Below the pieces are notes generated by a model. That model was given only the letters and a program-made list of their open reading frames with translations. It did no database searches and was not told where the DNA came from. From positions 1 through 8,863 of the forward strand of contig NW_021828352.1 in the NCBI RefSeq assembly GCF_006345805.1: a DNA stretch of 8,863 bases, read 5' to 3'. Made by a program: the position numbers and the translations under genes. This document shows, piece by piece, positions 7,668-8,863 of this stretch. How positions within the stretch are numbered: position 1 is the stretch's first letter; every line of letters starts with the position of its first letter. This DNA is from Octopus sinensis. Its lineage: Eukaryota.

Positions 7668-7966
7668 TCGAAAATGGCAAAGGTGATCACAATGGCGTTA
7701 GTTTTGAATTTAGTACCAGAGGAGAATGTTAGCGGATTACTAGAAAACATTTAACCCACATTGGCTGCCTCAACGAACCAATAATGAAAAATCATTTCCT
7801 TACCTGTATAAAGGAATGAAAAACCTATCTCCCTTGTAGTCTAAAATAGGCCATACACTTTACGGTGAATCTTACTGCGAAAGTGTAAAAGGATGACATC
7901 ACGTTGCCTGCTTGCAATCATTTTCTCATAATATATTTAGATGTAAAAGATGATCGAAAATGGCGG
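7668..7966. promoter_or_regulatory. Possible cis-regulatory motif cluster (YY1-like, CCAAT, CRE-like)
   Basis: TCGAAAATGGC occurs at 7668-7678 and 7954-7964, and the second extends to the YY1-type AAAATGGCGG. ATTGG lies at 7760-7764, CCAAT at 7778-7782 and TGACATCA at 7894-7901. These are short motifs only. Confidence 0.2.
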
Positions 7967-8393
7967 ACAAATAATTACCGCTATAAATTCGTTGAACTTT
8001 AAATTGTGTTTACAAGCAGAGTCAATGTATAGAGCCATTAATAGACATGAATTCATTATTGTAGACCAAAATGCCAATACAAAAGTGCGTGCAGTGCACA
8101 AAAGTAAATGCAGCGTTGCCAATTACTATGCTGCTTATATACAATTCCTTCTACCAATCAATTCACAATTACACACACACAGACAGACACATACATGTAA
8201 ATATATATATATATATACATACAAACTGACATATAAATATATGGGTATATGTATATGTGTGTGTATATTTATATATATATATTTAAGTATGTGCGTATGT
8301 GTCCGTCTATAGTTTATTGCTGCATAATGGGCAAAACCGTAATAAATTCTGATTCACGTTCACCAGTAGAGAAATTTCAGTTTCCCAGTTTCA

Positions 8394-8545
8394 GTGTGCA
8401 TGCGTGATTGTGTCTGTGTAGGCGTGTGCACGTGCACGTGTGGGCGAGTGTGTGTTTGCAGATGTATGGGTGTGAATTTGTGTGTGTGTGTGTGTGTTTG
8501 TGTGTGTCTGTGTGTCTGTGTGTATGTGTGTCTTAGTGTGTGTAT
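8394..8545 (+). repeat. Degenerate (TG)n tract
   Basis: Directly visible. Confidence 0.9.
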
Positions 8546-8639
8546 GTCTTAGTACATGCATGCAATGTGAAGAAATCGTAAGACCTGAATTATACACAGG
8601 AGAAACTCACACAATTTTTGTAACAAATGTCTAGTGAAT

Positions 8640-8848
8640 TCTCTCTCTCTCCCTCTCTCTCGCTCTCTACATACATACATACATACATACATACATACAT
8701 ACATACTACATACCACATACATACATACATACATATATACATACATACATACATACCACACACACACATATATATATATATATGCATATATATATGCATA
8801 TATATATATATGTATTATATATGTATTAATATATATATATATATATTA
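8640..8848 (+). repeat. Compound (CT)n-(TACA)n-(CA)n-(TA)n microsatellite
   Basis: Directly visible. Confidence 0.95.
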
Positions 8849-8863
8849 CACAAATGCGTAGAA

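Noticed and set aside
7950-8312. 120-aa plus-strand ORF (MIENGGQIITAINS...)
   Set aside because: No recognisable domain, the C-terminal third is microsatellite, and there is no supporting gene structure. A BLASTP search would settle it.
8557-8634. CMQCEE...YTGET resembling a C2H2 zinc finger with a TGEK linker
   Set aside because: Only 8 residues separate the second Cys from the linker (16 are expected before the last His), both His ligands are missing, it is a single unit, and a stop follows.

Overview
Eukaryotic, non-coding (intronic or intergenic) DNA, a large part of it simple repeats: (TA)n, (GA)n, (TG)n, (ATT)n, (CTAT/ATAG)n and (TACA)n. The repeat landscape and a tRNA-type SINE that I recall from octopus genomes suggest an Octopus-like coleoid cephalopod. 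That assignment is from memory, not a search. There is no intact protein-coding gene, and almost every ORF in the supplied track is a microsatellite artefact. The only clearly protein-derived sequence is a 5'-truncated Tc1/mariner (DD34E) transposase fossil on the minus strand (4423-5078) with three 1-nt frameshifts. Other supported features are three copies of one SINE family (two of them inverted relative to each other), an unclassified CpG-rich interspersed element (about 2965-3498), and a diverged ~325-bp-period tandem duplication (about 308-891) with a 35-nt conserved core. I see no convincing evidence of a new multi-gene system. The most worthwhile follow-ups are the conserved core of the duplication, two fold-back (dsRNA/cruciform) structures, and a few minus-strand splice-signal candidates.
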